64,000 nucleotides of DNA from Owenweeksia hongkongensis DSM 17368. Its GTDB lineage: Bacteria > Bacteroidota > Bacteroidia > Flavobacteriales > Schleiferiaceae. The notes beneath the pieces were generated by a model, which was given only the letters and a program-made list of their open reading frames with translations, was not told the DNA's origin and ran no database searches. The position numbers and the translations under genes were made by a program. The DNA is taken from positions 8,196 to 72,195 of the forward strand of contig CAMDTE010000002.1 in NCBI GenBank assembly GCA_945907425.1, read 5' to 3'. Shown here piece after piece: positions 24,992-34,451 of this stretch. How positions within the stretch are numbered: position 1 is the stretch's first letter; each line of letters begins with the position of its first letter.

Positions 24992-27961
24992 ATGAAGGTT
25001 GCGTCTGCCTTAAAGGAGTACCGTTACAAACGGTTCCGTTTTGGGCTTTTTCGCTCTGCTTTGAGTGTGACGCTTTCCGGCTTGGTTGCTTTTATACTGT
25101 TTCTTTTTTTGGAATGGAATTTTTATTTTTCCTCTGAAATAAAGACGGGGGCTGTCTTGTTTTTTGGTGTCGTTTTGTTCTGTGTTTCTGTATTTCTTCT
25201 TTTTCCTCCCCTTTATTCCTATGCGCGTGGAACCTATTTTTCTTTATCCGAGTGCGCTCGTGAGATTGGACAAAAATTTCCGGAAATCGACGATAAATTA
25301 CTGAATGCGTACGATTTAGAAAGCAGGGAAAACGAAAAAAACAATTGGTGGAAAGCGGCTGTTAGGGAAAGATACGCATGGGCGAGCGAGTTTGGGTGGA
25401 CAGAAATTTTTCATTGGCGCATCCTCTTGCCCCTCGTCTATTTTGTCGTCGTTCCTCTTATTTTACTTCTGGGTTATTCCTTTTTCAACACGTCCCTACA
25501 GGAGGCCGAGCAGCGTTTATGGAACATCAACCGATCGTATCAAAAACCACCGCCCTTTGCTATTCGATGGGAATTTTCTCCGGTGGTGACGCAGGGCGAA
25601 AAAGCAGAAATAAAGGTTTTTTTACCCGAAGGGATACGAATAGAAAGGCTTTTATTGGAGTGTAATCAACAAAAACAATGGGCGACCGTTAACGCGGCCG
25701 GAGAAGCTCGCTGGCTGATAGCCTCTTCCGAAAAAGAGAATAGCCTTCATTTTTCTGTCTTATGGAATGATTACCGTTGGCCGGAACAAACCATTGCCTT
25801 AACGAAGCCTGTTCGATGGGAAGGGTTTTCCTGTCGGATTACTCCGCCTCGATACACAGGCGTAAAACCGTATACCCAGTGGGGCGCCAACCCATTGACC
25901 GTTCCCCAAGGAAGCCGCTTAGAGTGGGCGGCACAAATAGAAAATAGTGGGGCGGTTAGAAGCGTTGGAAAGCACAAAAAGTGGACGTGGAAAAAGACAG
26001 AAGGCCCCCACTTTTCTTTGACCCTGTTTGCAGAAAATGATTTTTTACACGAAATACAAGCAAAAAGCGAAAAGGGAGAATGGGTAAGCGGTGGGTTGAC
26101 GCAGGTGGAGGTAATCCCTGATGAAAAACCGCGCCTAGATGTTTTTTGGGAGTTTGATTCTTTGTCTGGAACAGTAAAGGCCTCCTGGACAGCGGAAGAC
26201 GATTATGGGCTGTTAGAAATTGTGATAGACCGCAGCTCGCAGCCCCTAAGAGGAGTACAATCCATCTCAGGCAGAAGCGTTCTCCCCGCGGTCAAAACAA
26301 AAGAGTTTCTCACCGCCTATGCGGTCGATTCTCGCGGACAAAAAAGCTCCTTGCAAACATTTCAGAGACCGGCTTTTACGGTGTATACACAACAAAAAGC
26401 GCTTGCAGGACTTGCGCGTGCCGTTGCCGCTTCCTCAAAACAAGACCGCCGGAGCGCAGAGAATATATTAGCAGAAAAAGAACGCGCTCGCAAAGAATCG
26501 TTGTCTCGATCCACGGAAACAGCAAAGACGGAAAACAAGAAAGAAGAAATCGAAGCGCTGGAACGCGCTAAGATTCGATTAAAACAAGCGGAGGAAGTGG
26601 TGCGCTCATTACAACAACCCAATCGAGAGAACAAAGCACAAGAAGCATTGTGGGAAGAGAAAAGAGCGGAATTAGAGAAGCTGTTATCTGAAATGAGAAA
26701 ACCAGAGAATGCGAAATCCTTAAAGGCGGCGACACTTTCTCTGGAGCGCATGGAAGCGTTATTGGAAAGATTACTCATAGAGCAGGCAACGCTTGCGGCA
26801 GCCCAAGCGCTCGAGGAATTGTCTAAAAAACAGGACGAATTAGCGAACAAAAACGAACCCAACGAGGCACAAGCCCAGGAGGAAATTGCGAACACCACAG
26901 AGAATTTGTCCAAGGAACAGAAATTGGCAGCGCTGGACAAAGCCAATGCGCAACAAAAAGATTTAACAAAAACAAAGAACCCAGGGAACAAAGAACAAAA
27001 GGAGGCGGCAGAATCATTGCGTGCCGCGGCTCAATCGTTGCGAGAGAGTTTATTGGAAAGCGGAACGGAACAAGCACAACAAGACATTAAAAGTATCCGG
27101 CAATTGGTGGATAATTTGGTTCGCCTGAGTTTTAAGTCGGAACAGCTCAGCGACGCCGTGAGCAAAGCAGCCCAAGGAGACCCGTCGTATCCTCGGTGGC
27201 TAGAAGAAACCCAAAACCTGATCAGCGGCATGGGCACGGTTCAAGACACTTTGCAATCATTGCAATTGCGCATTCCACAGTTGTCTGTCGCACTGGGTGA
27301 CCACGCCACAGAGGCAAGCACCGCCTTGTTGCGGAGCAAGGATGCGCTCAGAGAACGCAAATCCAGCGTAGTGTCTATGGAGCTGAGGAGAGCCATGAAA
27401 GAAACGAATGACATGGCCGTTCTTTTTCAAAAAGCCGCCCAAGAAGCGCAAAAAAAATTGCAGGGCATGAAAAAAGGGGGCACGGGAACGTGCTCAAAAC
27501 CAGGAGAGGGAAAACCCTCAGTTGGCGCATTGAAAAAGAAACAGACGGGTTTGTCGCAGCAAATGATGGAAATGGGACAAAACCCCGGAAAGGGTGGGCA
27601 GGGCGCTCAAGAAATAGCCCAGTTGCTAGCAAAACAAGAGGGCCTTCGCAGAGAGCTTGAAAAAGCCGGAGGAAACAAACCCGGAGCGAGGTCAGCGAGC
27701 GACCTAATGAAAGAGATAGAGCGACAACTAACCAAAGGGATAGAAATCGCCCGCCTAACAGAAACGATTCGCAGGCTTGAAATGCGCCTTTTGGAAATGG
27801 AGATGGCTGAAAAACAACAAGATGAGGATGAAAAACGAACGGCAGAGACAAGCCGCGGCGCAGTAATGCGCGACGGGAACTGGACAAAAGACATACAAAC
27901 CTACAAACGCACACTAAACAAAGGGTGGCCCCTGTTTAAGGCGGCATACACAAAACCATAA
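24992..27961 (+). CDS. 989-aa membrane-anchored protein with long K/E/A/Q-rich coiled-coil (possibly DUF4175-like)
   Basis: ATG 24992 lies 4 nt after the rpiB stop. N-terminal hydrophobic helices (LSGLVAFILFLFLEW, GAVLFFGVVLFCVSVFLLFPPLY, ILLPLVYFVVVPLILLLGY), a mixed middle region, then ~500 aa of low-complexity coiled-coil. The family name is from memory only. Confidence 0.65.
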   Translation: MKVASALKEYRYKRFRFGLFRSALSVTLSGLVAFILFLFLEWNFYFSSEIKTGAVLFFGVVLFCVSVFLLFPPLYSYARGTYFSLSECAREIGQKFPEIDDKLLNAYDLESRENEKNNWWKAAVRERYAWASEFGWTEIFHWRILLPLVYFVVVPLILLLGYSFFNTSLQEAEQRLWNINRSYQKPPPFAIRWEFSPVVTQGEKAEIKVFLPEGIRIERLLLECNQQKQWATVNAAGEARWLIASSEKENSLHFSVLWNDYRWPEQTIALTKPVRWEGFSCRITPPRYTGVKPYTQWGANPLTVPQGSRLEWAAQIENSGAVRSVGKHKKWTWKKTEGPHFSLTLFAENDFLHEIQAKSEKGEWVSGGLTQVEVIPDEKPRLDVFWEFDSLSGTVKASWTAEDDYGLLEIVIDRSSQPLRGVQSISGRSVLPAVKTKEFLTAYAVDSRGQKSSLQTFQRPAFTVYTQQKALAGLARAVAASSKQDRRSAENILAEKERARKESLSRSTETAKTENKKEEIEALERAKIRLKQAEEVVRSLQQPNRENKAQEALWEEKRAELEKLLSEMRKPENAKSLKAATLSLERMEALLERLLIEQATLAAAQALEELSKKQDELANKNEPNEAQAQEEIANTTENLSKEQKLAALDKANAQQKDLTKTKNPGNKEQKEAAESLRAAAQSLRESLLESGTEQAQQDIKSIRQLVDNLVRLSFKSEQLSDAVSKAAQGDPSYPRWLEETQNLISGMGTVQDTLQSLQLRIPQLSVALGDHATEASTALLRSKDALRERKSSVVSMELRRAMKETNDMAVLFQKAAQEAQKKLQGMKKGGTGTCSKPGEGKPSVGALKKKQTGLSQQMMEMGQNPGKGGQGAQEIAQLLAKQEGLRRELEKAGGNKPGARSASDLMKEIERQLTKGIEIARLTETIRRLEMRLLEMEMAEKQQDEDEKRTAETSRGAVMRDGNWTKDIQTYKRTLNKGWPLFKAAYTKP

Positions 27962-27963
27962 GC

Positions 27964-28392
27964 ATGTTTCAATTTTTAGATACACCAAAGGATTGGGAGG
28001 ACAGGACGGCGCTATGGGAAGGGTGGCTTCGGGCCGTTTTAACGAGCGAGGGACGCCGAGAGGGGGTGTTTGTGTACCGCTTTTTCCTTGATAAAGAATT
28101 ACACTCATTAAACGTCAAGTTTTTGAACCACGACACCTTTACAGACGTGATCACGTTTGATAAAAGCAGGGGCGCAAAGGCGTCTGCCGACATAGCGATT
28201 AGCCACGAAAGAGTTCGGGAGAACGCAGAAAAAGAGGGAGTAGAACCAAACCAAGAGGCCGACCGCGTTGTATTACACGCAGTCCTCCACGTGTGTGGAT
28301 ACAAAGACAAGACAAAGAAGGACGAAAAAGAAATGCGCTTGCTTGAAGAGAAGTACCTACTTTTGCGGCCCAAACAATTGTTCCACGTGTAA
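27964..28392 (+). CDS. ybeY: rRNA maturation endoribonuclease YbeY
   Basis: 142 aa. Metal-binding motif HAVLHVCGYKD and the usual length. Confidence 0.85.
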   Translation: MFQFLDTPKDWEDRTALWEGWLRAVLTSEGRREGVFVYRFFLDKELHSLNVKFLNHDTFTDVITFDKSRGAKASADIAISHERVRENAEKEGVEPNQEADRVVLHAVLHVCGYKDKTKKDEKEMRLLEEKYLLLRPKQLFHV

Positions 28393-28394
28393 CA

Positions 28395-30263
28395 ATGCTA
28401 GACTCTAAGCCCTACGATATTATAGTTGTTGGCGGTGGCCACGCAGGATGCGAAGCCGCGGCGGCGGCCGCAAAGCTGGGCTCCCGCACGCTCTTGGTTA
28501 CCATGAACCTTCAGACGATTGGCCAAATGTCCTGCAACCCCGCGATGGGCGGTGTAGCGAAAGGGCAAATCGTTCGGGAGATTGACGCAATGGGCGGCCT
28601 CAGCGGAATAGTAACAGACAAAACGGCTATTCAATTTAGAATGTTGAACCGCAGCAAGGGGCCAGCCATGTGGTCTCCTCGAGCGCAGTGCGATCGTTGG
28701 CGATTCGCTGAGGAATGGCGATTGCAACTAGAGGCTATCCCTACGCTGGACTTTTTGCAAGACATGGCGGTAGACATTCTTGTGGAAAACGACAAAGCCG
28801 TTGGAATCGTAACTTCCATGGGATCCAAAGTCAGAGGATCCGCGGTGATTTTAACGAACGGCACTTTTTTAAACGGCTTAATACACATTGGGGAACGCCA
28901 AATGGGTGGAGGTAGAGCAGGAGAAAAGGCCGCAACAGGCATAACAGAACGCTTGATAGCGCTAGGCTTTGAAGCCGGACGCATGAAAACAGGGACGCCG
29001 CCCAGAATCGACGGAAGGTCCTTGGATTATGGTCAATTTGAAATACAACACGGGGATGAAAACCCTGAAAAATTCTCGTATCATCCATCAACCAAAGCGC
29101 TGATAACCCAGCGCCCGTGCCATATTGCCTATACAAACGAAAGGGTACACGACCTGCTTCAAGAAGGGTTCTCAAGAAGCCCATTGTTTAATGGAACGAT
29201 TCAGGGAACGGGCCCGCGTTATTGTCCATCGATTGAGGATAAAATCAGTCGATTTGCAGACAAAGACCGCCACCAACTTTTTGTTGAGCCCGAAGGGTGG
29301 AATACGATCGAAGTGTATGTCAACGGATTTAGCACAAGCCTCCCAGAAGAGGTACAGGTAAAGGCGTTGCGCTCTGTGAAGGGCTTTGAGAAGGCAAAGT
29401 TTTTTAGGCCGGGCTATGCTATCGAATATGATTATTTTCCGCCGACACAGTTGTCCCTGACGCTAGAGACGAAACGCGTTGAAAACTTGTTTTTTGCAGG
29501 ACAAATCAATGGCACCACAGGATACGAAGAGGCCGCGGCACAAGGATTAATGGCGGGAATCAACGCACACAGAAAAATACACAAAGAATCCACCGTTATT
29601 CTGGGCAGATCAGAGGCTTATATTGGGGTTTTGATCGATGATTTGATCACCAAAGGAACAGACGAGCCGTACCGCATGTTTACTTCGCGGGCAGAGTTTC
29701 GCCTTTTGCTTCGCCAGGACAATGCGGATGTAAGACTTACGGAAGCAGCGCATTCGTGGGGGCTGGCGGGCGACGATCGTCTTGCGCGCGTGAGAGAAAA
29801 GCGGAAGAACACAGAAGAAATCGAGGCCACCCTTGCTGCGAGCAGTGTTTCTTCTGAGGCGGCAAACCAGGTGTTGTCCACGAAAGGAACCTCCCTCGTG
29901 GTGCAAAAGGTGCGGGCCATAGCCCTTGTGAGCAGGCCGCAATTAAGATTGTCGGACGTGATCCCCTTAATAAAAGAGGAAACGACGGAAGCTTTTTTGG
30001 ATACAGAAGCGGTTGAACAAGCAGAAATCAACATCAAATACGCAGGATATATTACCAAAGAAAAAGAGCACGTAGATAAGCTGTCTCGGCTTGAAAACAC
30101 CCCGTTGCCGGCATCGTTTGACTACGCCTCCATGAAGGCGCTGAGCATAGAGGCGCGTCAAAAACTAATAAAAATCAAGCCGGCGTCGATCGGACAGGCC
30201 ACTCGAATCAGCGGAATTAGCCCCGCTGATATTTCTGTATTATTGGTCCATCTAGGCCGTTAA
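28395..30263 (+). CDS. mnmG: tRNA uridine-5-carboxymethylaminomethyl modification enzyme MnmG (GidA)
   Basis: 622 aa. FAD motif YDIIVVGGGHAGCEAA, GQMSCNPAMGG, and a conserved C-terminus. Confidence 0.95.
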   Translation: MLDSKPYDIIVVGGGHAGCEAAAAAAKLGSRTLLVTMNLQTIGQMSCNPAMGGVAKGQIVREIDAMGGLSGIVTDKTAIQFRMLNRSKGPAMWSPRAQCDRWRFAEEWRLQLEAIPTLDFLQDMAVDILVENDKAVGIVTSMGSKVRGSAVILTNGTFLNGLIHIGERQMGGGRAGEKAATGITERLIALGFEAGRMKTGTPPRIDGRSLDYGQFEIQHGDENPEKFSYHPSTKALITQRPCHIAYTNERVHDLLQEGFSRSPLFNGTIQGTGPRYCPSIEDKISRFADKDRHQLFVEPEGWNTIEVYVNGFSTSLPEEVQVKALRSVKGFEKAKFFRPGYAIEYDYFPPTQLSLTLETKRVENLFFAGQINGTTGYEEAAAQGLMAGINAHRKIHKESTVILGRSEAYIGVLIDDLITKGTDEPYRMFTSRAEFRLLLRQDNADVRLTEAAHSWGLAGDDRLARVREKRKNTEEIEATLAASSVSSEAANQVLSTKGTSLVVQKVRAIALVSRPQLRLSDVIPLIKEETTEAFLDTEAVEQAEINIKYAGYITKEKEHVDKLSRLENTPLPASFDYASMKALSIEARQKLIKIKPASIGQATRISGISPADISVLLVHLGR

Positions 30264-31169
30264 TTGTTACACGTGGAACATATACACATTAGCCACTGTA
30301 TTGTTTGTGGTGGAGAAGGAGAAGAAAACCTTCGTATCCAAGACCATATGGTGAGTCAAGAAACTTTTACCCTCCAAGAGTGCGGGTCGTGTGGGTTTGT
30401 GTGGACATCTCCCCGGCCCAACCAAAGCGCGATTGGACGGTATTACGATAGTCCGGCCTATTTAAGCCATGACAGTGAGCAGAAATCCTTTTTTGCTTTT
30501 GTGTACCGGCTATTGCGCTGGTATGCTGCCAAAAGGAAAGTAAAAACGGTAGAGGCGGCGACAATGAGCGCAGGACAAAAAGGAAGTGCCTGGCTGGACG
30601 TGGGCTGTGGGGTCGGTGTTTTTTTGAACGAGGCAAAGAGCCAAGGCCACGCACCTTACGGGGTGGAGTTAAGCGATAAAGCGCGCGCCCAAGCAGAACA
30701 GAGATTACAATCAAAAGTCTTTACCTCCGTAGAGGAGGTGTCTGGCGCGTTTGATGCTATTACGCTTTGGCATGTTTTGGAGCATTTGCCCGAGCCAAAA
30801 GAAACACTGGTTCGGTTGCACACTTTAGCAAAACCAGGCGCGGCCTTGGTGGTAGCGGTTCCTAACCGGGAAGCGCTGGACGCGAAAATTTATGGCGCCC
30901 AGTGGGCTGCATGGGATGTTCCCATTCATTTTTGGCATTTTAGCAAGAAAGACATGACAGCTCTAATGAAACAATCCGGATGGAAAGTGACGGCCATTCA
31001 GCCCATGCTCTTGGACGCGTATTATGTTTCGTTGTTGAGCGAACAATATGCGACGGGCAGCAAAAATTGGTTGAAAGCGATTCAAAACGGATGGAAAAGC
31101 AATCGAGCTGGAAAAAGGGGTCCAAACACGAGCAGTTTGATCTATTTGGCCACAAAAGAAGCGATATAA
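30264..31169 (+). CDS. class I SAM-dependent methyltransferase with N-terminal Cys4 zinc-ribbon
   Basis: CIVCGG...CGSCGF zinc ribbon. SAM motif I WLDVGCGVGVFL. Start is uncertain: TTG 30264 immediately after the mnmG stop, or GTG 30273. Confidence 0.75.
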   Translation: MLHVEHIHISHCIVCGGEGEENLRIQDHMVSQETFTLQECGSCGFVWTSPRPNQSAIGRYYDSPAYLSHDSEQKSFFAFVYRLLRWYAAKRKVKTVEAATMSAGQKGSAWLDVGCGVGVFLNEAKSQGHAPYGVELSDKARAQAEQRLQSKVFTSVEEVSGAFDAITLWHVLEHLPEPKETLVRLHTLAKPGAALVVAVPNREALDAKIYGAQWAAWDVPIHFWHFSKKDMTALMKQSGWKVTAIQPMLLDAYYVSLLSEQYATGSKNWLKAIQNGWKSNRAGKRGPNTSSLIYLATKEAI

Positions 31170-31251
31170 AACACTTTGACCCCTCGGTGGGGCCATGCCC
31201 TTCAGAAAAGGAAAAAGAAGCAGAAATCAAGTGTTTGTAAAGCGTTGATTT

Positions 31252-32385
31252 TCAGCGAGTAGAGTGCAAAGCATTGGACAGCGCTAAACACGTATCGAAC
31301 AAGACGATTTTTGAATTGGCATTTCGCTGAATATCGCGAAGAGCAGACTCGAACAATTCGGCCATAGAAACCAAAACGGGAGGGGTCAACAATTGAGCGA
31401 AGCCCGGAAAGGAAAAGGAAACACCACTGAGGGAGAAAGGATCGCCGTGGGGTAATTGGTGTTTTTGGGCAAGGCCATCGCGAAGTGTTTCCAAAGCAAA
31501 CAAGAAAAAGGATTTCTGCCGCTCCCTTACCCACGAGGAGTGTGCATCTGACCATGCAAACATATCAGGCAAAGAACGTCGGTACGCCGCGCGAAGACAC
31601 AAAGCAAAAGAGGCGGTGTTTTCCTTTAAAATCTCTGGATTTTCACACAATTGAAGAGCTACCCCCGGACTGCCCCCGGCATTCATAGAAGCCAACATAG
31701 CGATATCGTGGGGAATTCCTTTGTTTTTTAAAAAGTCCGTCAAGGTATCGCGGGGAACGGGAGGGATAAAGAGTCGCTGACATCGACTGCGAAGCGTGGA
31801 CAAGAGAGCCTCTTCGTCGTGGGTGATTAGCAATAATACGGCGTCACCTTCTGGCTCTTCTATTGTCTTCAATAATTTATTGGCGGCGGCTTCGTTGAAT
31901 TTTTCTGGCATCCACAGAATGGCTATTTTCTTTCCACCACTGTATGATTTCATGGACAGCTTTCGGACAATGCGCCGGGACTCGTACACCGGAATGGACA
32001 ACTGTTTGTTCTCCACCCCCTGCGCAATCATCCAATCAAAAAGGAGAGGATAGGTATTTGTGAGCGCAAAAGCCAGCCACTCGCGCAGGAGAGTATCACA
32101 ATCGACATCCTTAGACATCTTCTCTTTTCGGGCAAAAGGAAAGGAAAAATGAATATCGGGATGAGTAAAATGCTGTACCTGGACACAAGAAGCACACTGC
32201 CCGCAGGAGTCCGTTCCAAGAGGGGAGGAACAGAGCAGGCGTTGGGCATAGGCCACCGCCAAAGCAAAGGCCGCCGAGCCTTCTGATCCCACCAGTAACT
32301 GGGCGTGAGGAATCTTTCCCGCCGCAGCAGCCACAAGCCAGGGATGGTCGAGCGAAAGCGTTTGGGGCAAGGAGGAAAATTGCAT
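31252..32385 (-). CDS. holB: DNA polymerase III delta' subunit
   Basis: 377 aa from ATG 32385. HAQLLVGSEGSAAFALAVAYAQRLLC, Zn module CGQCASCVQV, SRCQRL sensor region. The track start 32478 would overlap pgk. Confidence 0.8.
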   Translation of the reverse strand: MQFSSLPQTLSLDHPWLVAAAAGKIPHAQLLVGSEGSAAFALAVAYAQRLLCSSPLGTDSCGQCASCVQVQHFTHPDIHFSFPFARKEKMSKDVDCDTLLREWLAFALTNTYPLLFDWMIAQGVENKQLSIPVYESRRIVRKLSMKSYSGGKKIAILWMPEKFNEAAANKLLKTIEEPEGDAVLLLITHDEEALLSTLRSRCQRLFIPPVPRDTLTDFLKNKGIPHDIAMLASMNAGGSPGVALQLCENPEILKENTASFALCLRAAYRRSLPDMFAWSDAHSSWVRERQKSFFLFALETLRDGLAQKHQLPHGDPFSLSGVSFSFPGFAQLLTPPVLVSMAELFESALRDIQRNANSKIVLFDTCLALSNALHSTR

Positions 32386-32390
32386 GGGTA

Positions 32391-32398
32391 CGAAGGTA
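32391..32398 (-). promoter_or_regulatory. near-consensus -7 box TAccTTCG, 5 nt upstream of holB ATG
   Basis: The minus strand reads TACCTTCG-taccc-ATG. One mismatch. Confidence 0.35.
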
Positions 32399-32404
32399 AG
32401 GAAG

Positions 32405-32412
32405 TACCTTTG
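32405..32412 (+). promoter_or_regulatory. -7 box TAccTTTG, 4 nt upstream of pgk ATG 32417
   Basis: The plus strand reads G-TACCTTTG-gggt-ATG. Exact consensus. Confidence 0.5.
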
Positions 32413-32416
32413 GGGT

Positions 32417-33613
32417 ATGAAAACCATTGATGATTTTTCCTTTGCGGGCCAAGTAGTTTTGATAAGAGTGGACTTCAATGTTCCTCTTCAGGCAGATTTT
32501 TCTGTTGCTGATGGAACACGCATTCTTGCTACGGTCCCGACCATTGCTAAAATCAGAAACGACGGCGGGCGAGTGGTTTTGATGTCCCATCTAGGCCGCC
32601 CCTCGGCAAGGGAGGACAAATACAGCCTTCGACACATTGTAACCTATCTTGAAAAAGCACTTCAAACAAGGGTAAGCTTTGTAAACGATTGCCTAGGGGA
32701 AGGCGCCCAAACGGCTATTGCGCAAATGAAAGACGCAGAGGTGATTTTGTTGGAAAATGTGCGGTTTTATGCAGAGGAAGAGGCGGGAGATGTTGCTTTT
32801 GCACAAAAATTAGCAAAACTAGGCGACATGTATGTCAACGATGCGTTTGGAACAGCTCACCGAGCGCATGCATCGACAGCGATCATAGCGCAATTTTTCC
32901 CAAAAAAAGCGTGCTTTGGTTACGTGATGGCCAACGAAATTCTGAACGTGAACAAAGTCTTGAAGGGAGGCACCCCTCCTATCACGGCTGTTGTTGGCGG
33001 ATCCAAAGTGTCCTCTAAAATTGCCATTTTAGAACAACTTATGGGCCGTGTGGACCACCTCATCATCGGCGGCGGAATGGCTTACACCTTCCTTCGCGCG
33101 CAAGGGGGACAAACCGGAAACAGTATTTGCGAAGAGAACCTACAAGGGCTTGCCTTGGAGTTAATGGCTACCGCGAGGGCTAAAGGGGTACAAATACACC
33201 TCCCCATAGATGTGGTCTGCGCTGACGCTTTTTCGCCCGAGGCAAATACACAAGTGTGCGAAGCGAACGCCATTCCGGAAGGGTGGCAAGGCCTTGATGC
33301 GGGCCCAAAAACCATAGCTTCTTTTGCGGCTGTCGTCAAATTATCCAAAACACTGCTTTGGAATGGCCCCATTGGTGTTTTCGAATTTGAAAAATTTGCC
33401 ACAGGAACCAGAGAATTGGGAGAAGTGATCGCCGCGCAAACAGAAGCCGGCACTTTGTTTTCTTTGGTTGGAGGCGGCGACAGCGTGAGTGCCGTCAATC
33501 AATTTGGTCTAGCGAAACGCGTGAGCTATGTGAGCACCGGAGGAGGCGCTATGTTGGAGTATTTGGAAGGCCGCACCTTACCCGGAATCGAGGCAGTACT
33601 AAAGAACGCCTGA
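32417..33613 (+). CDS. pgk: phosphoglycerate kinase
   Basis: 398 aa from MKTIDDFSFAGQVVLIRVDFNVPL. GGGDS and STGGGA motifs near the C-terminus. Confidence 0.95.
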   Translation: MKTIDDFSFAGQVVLIRVDFNVPLQADFSVADGTRILATVPTIAKIRNDGGRVVLMSHLGRPSAREDKYSLRHIVTYLEKALQTRVSFVNDCLGEGAQTAIAQMKDAEVILLENVRFYAEEEAGDVAFAQKLAKLGDMYVNDAFGTAHRAHASTAIIAQFFPKKACFGYVMANEILNVNKVLKGGTPPITAVVGGSKVSSKIAILEQLMGRVDHLIIGGGMAYTFLRAQGGQTGNSICEENLQGLALELMATARAKGVQIHLPIDVVCADAFSPEANTQVCEANAIPEGWQGLDAGPKTIASFAAVVKLSKTLLWNGPIGVFEFEKFATGTRELGEVIAAQTEAGTLFSLVGGGDSVSAVNQFGLAKRVSYVSTGGGAMLEYLEGRTLPGIEAVLKNA

Positions 33614-34084
33614 AGCACTCGTGACAAGCCAACGACTGGCTTTTACAGAAGGATGATACAGAGTGGACGCGTCCAACACGTCAGCGGACACAATGGGGAC
33701 GCGTGTTTGAATCAAAACGAATAAGTGCAACACGACCAGCGCAATCAAGGCATATTTTACAGCACCAAAAACGCCACCCAACAAGCGATTGACCCAACCG
33801 AGCCACACCCATTTCATGGCCAGCGTCAAGGCCTTTCCCAATAGAATGACAAGGACCATCGTCGCTAGAAAAAGAAGCGCAAAAGCCACCCCCTCGGACG
33901 CGGCGGCACCAAATCCAAAAATATTCTCTACCCAGCCCTCGAAAGGACCTTTGAATTCACGACCCACCCAAATGCCGAGCAAAATTCCCACCAGGCCAGA
34001 CCATTCGTTGACCACCCCGCCCCAAATACCCTTGACGACACCGAAAAGAACGGGCGAAAGCAATATCCAATCCAAAATAGTCAT
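33599..34084 (-). CDS. CvpA-family membrane protein
   Basis: 161 aa from ATG 34084 (MTILDWILLSPVLFGVVKGIWGG...). Four hydrophobic helices typical of colicin V production protein family members. The track start 34099 lies inside the divergent promoter box. Confidence 0.65.
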   Translation of the reverse strand: MTILDWILLSPVLFGVVKGIWGGVVNEWSGLVGILLGIWVGREFKGPFEGWVENIFGFGAAASEGVAFALLFLATMVLVILLGKALTLAMKWVWLGWVNRLLGGVFGAVKYALIALVVLHLFVLIQTRVPIVSADVLDASTLYHPSVKASRWLVTSASGVL

Positions 34085-34088
34085 AGAG

Positions 34089-34096
34089 TAAAGGTA
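34089..34096 (-). promoter_or_regulatory. near-consensus -7 box TAccTTTA, 4 nt upstream of cvpA-like ATG 34084
   Basis: The minus strand reads TACCTTTA-ctct-ATG. Overlaps the plus-strand box by 2 nt. Confidence 0.4.
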
Positions 34097-34102
34097 CATT
34101 TG
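34095..34102 (+). promoter_or_regulatory. -7 box TAcaTTTG, 4 nt upstream of GTG 34107
   Basis: The plus strand reads TACATTTG-attt-GTG. Exact consensus. In-frame TGA at 34101-03, so there is no upstream alternative start. Confidence 0.5.
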
Positions 34103-34106
34103 ATTT

Positions 34107-34451
34107 GTGGAAGAGCTAAAAGAGAAGTGGAACCAGGTGGCCAGGACCGCCTCGGAGCGATTTGCCCCCGGAGAAGAGTTAGACGTAGATTCCTTGGTAT
34201 TTATTGTTGGACTTCAAGAAGTGAATCAGCCGTATCGTCCATTGAAAAAAGAGGAAAAACTAGACGTTATGCACGTGGGTATTTGCGCGTTGTTGGCACC
34301 TCTTGGCTATTATGAGCGCATCGGCCGGGACGAAGACGGATGGCCCCACTACCGACAAACGGAAGACGTTCCCTTTCTAAAGCCAGGGCAACAGACGTTG
34401 CTGATGAAAGAAGCGTTGGTTACCTATTTTGAAGACAACGGCTGGATTTAA
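34107..34451 (+). CDS. hypothetical 114-aa cytoplasmic protein
   Basis: ORF MEELKEKWNQVARTASERFAPGEELDVDSLVFIVGLQEV... with a GTG start. No family recognised. Confidence 0.55.
   Translation: MEELKEKWNQVARTASERFAPGEELDVDSLVFIVGLQEVNQPYRPLKKEEKLDVMHVGICALLAPLGYYERIGRDEDGWPHYRQTEDVPFLKPGQQTLLMKEALVTYFEDNGWI

Noticed and set aside
26362-27914. Long minus-strand ORFs (26362..26991, 209 aa; 27375..27914, 179 aa; 27607..27894) opposite the coiled-coil gene
   Set aside because: These are shadow frames of a low-complexity GAA/AAG/GCA-rich coding region. Their products are S/F/L/C-rich nonsense-like sequences, and the sense frame is uninterrupted for 989 codons.
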